A stretch of 58,684 bases of DNA from the NCBI GenBank assembly GCA_045656325.1, contig JAZOQX010000074.1:1-58684 (forward strand). The letters run 5' to 3'. Below are positions 54,204 to 58,684 of this stretch, one piece after another (position 1 is the first letter of the stretch; each line of letters starts with the position of its first letter). The notes beneath the pieces were generated by a model, which made no database searches, was not told the origin of the DNA, and saw only the letters and a list, made by a program, of their open reading frames with translations. The stretch is from Eubacteriales bacterium. GTDB taxonomy: Bacteria; Bacillota; Clostridia; Oscillospirales; CAG-272. A program made the translations under genes and the position numbers.

Positions 54204-55895
54204 ATGAGAATCAGAATAATTTGCCTTTGCTTGTGCTTTATCATACTCTGCATGGGTTTCGTCGGTTGTACGAGAAACGACACAGACGATCCCACCGACG
54301 GCGTGATTCCAAACGAAGCCGAGTCCGATTCGGATGACGGTACCACCGATTCCGAGAGTGAATCCGAGAGTGAGTCCGAAAGCGACCTCTTGCCCCAAAC
54401 CACCACGGCAGAGATTCTGACTCCCACGGTCTATCTCTTTGAGGGAGACTCCTATGCCTTGGAATATCTCGCCAAGGACGAAAATCTGGAAATAGAATGG
54501 CAGGTCAGTACGGATTGCGCCGAGGTACGGGATGGACGGGTATACGCTCTGAAGGAGGGCTACGCCGTGATATCTGCGGGCGGGGACTCCGTTTGCTCGG
54601 TAAAGATCCTTTCCGAAACCATGCCGGAGCTATACGTATCAACGGGCGGCAAGAGCATTACCTCCAAGGAAACCTACGTTGACTGTACCGTAACCTTGGA
54701 TGCTTCCAACGAGGATTATTCCTTCGAATATGCCGAGGCGGGGATCCGTCTGCGCGGAAACTCCACCATGGGAAAGCCCAAAAAGCCCTACCGTCTAAAG
54801 TTCGATTCCAAGATCAATCTTCTCGGCATGAACGACGGAGCGGAGTGCAAGAGCTGGGTGCTTCTTGCCGAATACATGGATGATACCTTGATCCGCAACA
54901 CCACCTCCCTTTCCCTTGCGGGCTCGGTCCTCGACGAATACAGCTCGGACTGGCGATACGTAAAGCTGACGCTGAACGGAGAGTATAAGGGCGTATACGT
55001 GCTGGCGGAGCAAAGCCAGATCAACAAATACCGCGTGAACATTGAGGAGGCGGGAGCCGACACCGATGCTCTTCGCTCGGGCTACTTCTACGAGGTGGAG
55101 GGCTCCAAGGTCGATAACGGAAAATACTACGTCTCCTATGAGAATCTCGACATTTACACCTTCCTCGGAAACAAATATACCGTACAGTCCACCGACGTGC
55201 AGGCAGACGGACAGCGGCGCTCGGGAATCTTCCTTGAGTTGAAAAACGACGACACCTCCGAGGAGCAGATCGCCTTTGCGGAAAAATACGCTCAGAATAT
55301 CTTTACCCTGATCTATGCGGCGACCTTTGAGGATATCTGTTACGTGATGGACGAAAATCTCAATTTGGTTAGAAGAAACGACCTCACCCCCGAGGAGGCA
55401 ATTTCCTTGGCGGTGGACGTGGATTCCATGGCGAGAATGTATATTTTTGCCGAGCTTGTTTGCAACTTCGACGCCTTTAAGAAAAGCTCCTATTTCTACG
55501 TGGACTTTTCCGAAAACGGAACGGGCAAGCTGACTTTTGCCTGCCCTTGGGATCACGACTGGACCTTTGTGACCTTTAACACCACCGAATTTGTTCCCAC
55601 GGACGAGTATTTTACCGCCGAGCGATCCGTGTTCTACGTCATGATGATGAACCACGATTGGTTCCGTGAAGCCGTGGCGGACGTGTGGGAGGAGGTAACG
55701 AAGGGCAGCGGCAATTTCCGAAACACGCTGCAGATGATGATCAAGATCTCTGACGTCTATGCCGACGACTTCGAGGAGGACGGCGAGCTTTGGGATCGAA
55801 AAAATGAACAAAAGCCCTTTGCCATGTTGACCTACCGTTGGCTTTTGGATCGAATCGATTGGCTGGATACGCAATTTACGGCAATGAAGAAATAA
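54204..55895 (+). CDS. CotH-family (atypical kinase fold) lipoprotein with a Big_2-like domain
   Basis: Lipobox FVGC, an acidic DSESESESESESD linker, an Ig-like segment (VRDGRVYALKEGYAVISAGG), and CotH motifs KKPYRLKF and PWDHDWTF. Confidence 0.78.
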   Translation: MRIRIICLCLCFIILCMGFVGCTRNDTDDPTDGVIPNEAESDSDDGTTDSESESESESESDLLPQTTTAEILTPTVYLFEGDSYALEYLAKDENLEIEWQVSTDCAEVRDGRVYALKEGYAVISAGGDSVCSVKILSETMPELYVSTGGKSITSKETYVDCTVTLDASNEDYSFEYAEAGIRLRGNSTMGKPKKPYRLKFDSKINLLGMNDGAECKSWVLLAEYMDDTLIRNTTSLSLAGSVLDEYSSDWRYVKLTLNGEYKGVYVLAEQSQINKYRVNIEEAGADTDALRSGYFYEVEGSKVDNGKYYVSYENLDIYTFLGNKYTVQSTDVQADGQRRSGIFLELKNDDTSEEQIAFAEKYAQNIFTLIYAATFEDICYVMDENLNLVRRNDLTPEEAISLAVDVDSMARMYIFAELVCNFDAFKKSSYFYVDFSENGTGKLTFACPWDHDWTFVTFNTTEFVPTDEYFTAERSVFYVMMMNHDWFREAVADVWEEVTKGSGNFRNTLQMMIKISDVYADDFEEDGELWDRKNEQKPFAMLTYRWLLDRIDWLDTQFTAMKK

Positions 55896-55903
55896 ATCAA
55901 ACG

Positions 55904-55941
55904 AAAAGCGGACAGAGAACGTGTTCTCTGTCCGCTTTTTT
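55904..55941. terminator. Bidirectional terminator
   Basis: AAAAGCGGACAGAGAAC-gt-GTTCTCTGTCCGCTTTTTT. Confidence 0.8.
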
Positions 55942-55970
55942 GCGGCTTCTGCCGCTCATTTGTATTCGTT

Positions 55971-56792
55971 TCAGCGAGTCTCCGCCCCCGCCATACATTC
56001 CTCCGCCGCTTGCTCCGATTCCTCGCAACGCGCCTTTTTCGCCTTGCGGTCCTTGATCAGCCAAGGCAGATACGCAAGGAAAAACATGAGGGTAATGATC
56101 GCCCCCATCACAAAAATGCGAAGGGCAAAGTTGGGAGGCAGAAAATCAAGGATCGACGGGGTAGATTCGGGCTTTGCCATATAAAGGTAATTGGCACCTG
56201 GTCCGATCAGTACGTTGGAGAAATACGCGATCACGGCAAGAACCGCCAGCGCGCAATAGGATTTAACCATGGATTTCAGGGTGGGGCGAAGCTTATGTAT
56301 GAAGATCATATAAAAGATCGCGATATAGCCCGTGGTATGCTCCAGCCAAAACTGGTAGAAGCGGAATCGAGTGGGACCCGTATAGGTAATGACCGTAGGA
56401 GTCAGCAGCGCGAACACGGTTCCCGAAAAGAGCCAGAAATAGGAAATATCAAACAGCGTTTGGCTTTTTCCAACCAGCATATAGCTGCAAAATACCACCG
56501 ACCAGCCGCATACGGTGATGGGAAGATGATCCACGGGGTTGGCACCCAACGCGGGAACACCCACCAACCGCCAAAAATAAGACATCTCCGAGATGATCAT
56601 GGTAAACGCCAAAACGTAACGAAAGGTCTTTTCATGCTTGGATTCCCGAATCTCCTCTCGGAATTTCCAAATCAGGAGAATGACCCCGACCATCAAAAGT
56701 ATGGGCAGAATATGCGCCAAGGTAAAATTGGAAAATTCCACCTCTGTTCCGATGCCGAAAAAGTAAACAAAGAAATCTTTGATTTTTGACAT
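55971..56792 (-). CDS. YwaF-like (TIGR02206-type) integral membrane protein
   Basis: MSKIKDFFVYFFGIGTEVEFSNFTLAHILPILL followed by ~7 TM segments. The start is set at ATG 56792. Confidence 0.65.
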   Translation of the reverse strand: MSKIKDFFVYFFGIGTEVEFSNFTLAHILPILLMVGVILLIWKFREEIRESKHEKTFRYVLAFTMIISEMSYFWRLVGVPALGANPVDHLPITVCGWSVVFCSYMLVGKSQTLFDISYFWLFSGTVFALLTPTVITYTGPTRFRFYQFWLEHTTGYIAIFYMIFIHKLRPTLKSMVKSYCALAVLAVIAYFSNVLIGPGANYLYMAKPESTPSILDFLPPNFALRIFVMGAIITLMFFLAYLPWLIKDRKAKKARCEESEQAAEECMAGAETR

Positions 56793-56835
56793 AACTTCCC
56801 TCTCTTTCATGCTGACGTACTATGTTGATCGCCCA

Positions 56836-57669
56836 TCAGATCAGCCTCTTGTGAGGAATCACCGTAGGCGTTTTTCCCGCGAAGATCGCTCGGGCATTGC
56901 GAACAAAATCGTCACAGGTCAGATTGCGCTCCCGCTCCATGGATTTGGTATTCCCGTAGCCCAGCTCGTAGACCCATGCGCCGTCGTAGCCCACACGGCA
57001 AAGGGCGGCGTATAAGCTCTTCCAGTCCGTATCTCCCTCTCCCGGGAGCCAGTGCCGCTCATCGACAATGTTGTAGTCGGACACGTGAGTGGTGGCGATC
57101 TTATCGCCAACCCGCTCAATAAAGTGAACGGGGTCCTCCGTTAGCAGGTGATTGGTATCAAAGCAGACTCGAAGATCGGGATGCGCCGACAAAAGCTCAA
57201 GCATCTCATCGGAGTTTCTGCCGAGACAGGTTCTCGGAAGATTCTCCACGCAGACCACACCGCCCACGCTGTTTGCCATCTCCGCCAAAGCAGAGAGGCT
57301 CTTTTTAGACTGCTCCATCCGAACGGCCCGAAGCTCGTCGGGAATCGGCTCTACGCTGGGATGAACCACGTAACGGGTGATTCCCAAGTCCGCCGCCATA
57401 CGAATATGCTCGGACTGACGCTGAACGAATTTCAGTCGCCGCTCATCCCATCGGCTGGCAAGATTAAATTCGGGAAAGGGCAAATGGTAGCTCCAAAGCT
57501 CCACGCCATACCGTTCGGCAAGGCGCGCCACCTCGGAAAGATCCACACCCTCCAGCACCTTTTCTCTCCCTACGCATAGCTCCATTGCCTCGATGCCCGC
57601 TTCGGCATAAGCCGAGAAGGTCTCCTCTCGCAACGGTTTTCCGCAGGATGACAATCCAATCTTCATCAT
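56836..57669 (-). CDS. Sugar phosphate isomerase/epimerase (xylose isomerase-like TIM barrel)
   Basis: 277 aa. AGIEAMEL..., VVHP..., VCVENLP and FDTNHL are typical of this fold. Confidence 0.78.
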   Translation of the reverse strand: MMKIGLSSCGKPLREETFSAYAEAGIEAMELCVGREKVLEGVDLSEVARLAERYGVELWSYHLPFPEFNLASRWDERRLKFVQRQSEHIRMAADLGITRYVVHPSVEPIPDELRAVRMEQSKKSLSALAEMANSVGGVVCVENLPRTCLGRNSDEMLELLSAHPDLRVCFDTNHLLTEDPVHFIERVGDKIATTHVSDYNIVDERHWLPGEGDTDWKSLYAALCRVGYDGAWVYELGYGNTKSMERERNLTCDDFVRNARAIFAGKTPTVIPHKRLI

Positions 57670-57678
57670 CTTTCTCCT

Positions 57679-58605
57679 TTATTCGAACAAGGGTGTAGAA
57701 AAATATCGCTCGGCAGTATCGGGCAGAACGGTCACTACCGTCTTTCCCTTTCCAAGCTTCTTGGCAAGCTTCAAGGCAGCAGCTACGTTGGTGCCGCTGC
57801 TGATACCGCACATGATTCCCTCACGGGATGCCAGCTCCTTGGCGGTGCGGATCGCCTCCTCGTCCTTGATAATACAGACACCGTCGTAAATATTCTGATT
57901 GAGAATGTCGGGGATAAGACCGTCTCCGATTCCCATCTGTACGTGGGTACCGATGGATCCTCCCGACAGAATGGCGGCGTTCTCAGGCTCTACCGCCCAG
58001 ATCGTCATATCGGGATTGACCGCCTTGAGGGTCTCGCCGATTCCCGTAATGGTTCCGCCCGTGCCGATGCCCGAGCAAAAGCCGTGAATCGGGCCATTAA
58101 CCTGCGCGAGAATCTCCTGCGCCGTCTGTGAGCGCTGAATCGCAGGGTTTGCGGGGTTTTCAAACTGCTGAGGAACAAAGACATTCTTATCAGAATCGCG
58201 CATCGAAAGCGCAAGATTCAAACACTCTTCGATACATGCGCCGATGTTTCCCGCATCGTGGACGAGGATAACCTCTGCACCGTAATGCTCAACGAGCTTT
58301 CTTCTCTCTTCGCTGACGGAGTCAGGCATAATTATCTTCGTTTTATAGCCTCGAACTGCTCCAACGAGAGCAAGACCTATACCCTGATTACCGCTGGTCG
58401 GCTCGACAATAACGGTATCTTTATTTATAAGCCCTCGGGCTTCCGCATCGCAAATCATATTATACGCTGTTCTCGTTTTTATTGACCCGCCGACATTGAG
58501 CCCCTCGAACTTCACGAGAATCTCTGCGCTGCCCGGCTCTACGAGGTGAGCAAGCCTTATAATCGGCGTGTTGCCCATCGCCTCTAAAATATTATTGTAT
58601 ACCAT
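57679..58605 (-). CDS. cysK: Cysteine synthase family PLP enzyme (CysK-like)
   Basis: GNTPIIRL, PLP-lysine motif GGSIKTR, EPTSGNQGIGLA and GIGTGGTITG. The start is set at ATG 58605 with a GAGGAA RBS. Confidence 0.85.
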   Translation of the reverse strand: MVYNNILEAMGNTPIIRLAHLVEPGSAEILVKFEGLNVGGSIKTRTAYNMICDAEARGLINKDTVIVEPTSGNQGIGLALVGAVRGYKTKIIMPDSVSEERRKLVEHYGAEVILVHDAGNIGACIEECLNLALSMRDSDKNVFVPQQFENPANPAIQRSQTAQEILAQVNGPIHGFCSGIGTGGTITGIGETLKAVNPDMTIWAVEPENAAILSGGSIGTHVQMGIGDGLIPDILNQNIYDGVCIIKDEEAIRTAKELASREGIMCGISSGTNVAAALKLAKKLGKGKTVVTVLPDTAERYFSTPLFE

Positions 58606-58684
58606 TGAATCATTCCTCAAAAAAACTTACTAAATATTATATTCCAATTTTCACATAAAATCAATATTTTCCGCAAAAAAAATG

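Noticed and set aside
54318-54386. Short Ser-Glu/Asp-encoding repeat (TCCGAGAGTGAA-like units) in the CotH gene
   Set aside because: It encodes a low-complexity acidic linker after the lipobox. It is too short and degenerate to be a CRISPR-like or contingency repeat.

Overview
58.7-kb chromosomal window, roughly 55% GC by eye. It looks like a spore-forming Firmicute of the Clostridia type: spoIIGA-sigE is present, and near-consensus sigma-A promoters (TTGACA-17-TATAAT) sit in most intergenic gaps. I call about 45 protein-coding genes. I found no rRNA, tRNA, CRISPR array, transposase or integrase. Housekeeping genes: rimP-nusA; an uninterrupted yybS-like/gdpP/rplI/dnaB/tilS/ftsH string; recG; hflX; rpmE; sigE/spoIIGA; radC; a fused ABC-ATPase/FtsX permease; murD; a NifS-type cysteine desulfurase; a divergent ParE/GyrB-like subunit; ddh; cysK. 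Interleaved carbohydrate islands: a GH36 alpha-galactosidase plus an Asp-box protein next to a decayed LacI gene; a solitary GH127; uxaC plus a CE4 deacetylase opposite an unknown TIM-barrel protein; a GH4-araA-GH51-FGGY kinase operon with an AraC regulator; and a DUF303 esterase plus CotH lipoprotein. The best candidate for something undescribed is non-coding. A promoter-to-terminator unit of about 175 nt on the minus strand (13638-13847) contains a 117-nt rod-like RNA and a terminator/antiterminator pair. It lies directly upstream of an unusual lipoprotein that fuses collagen-like Gly-X-Y runs to an orphan solute-binding-protein-like domain. Other points worth a second look: a 27-bp tandem duplication that creates twin consensus promoters, a LacI remnant lacking its HTH, a divergent type IIA topoisomerase B subunit overlapping a dehydrogenase gene by 1 nt with no A subunit nearby, and structured leaders on rimP, rpmE and parE. 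All functional calls come from motif recognition in the supplied translations. No database search was possible.
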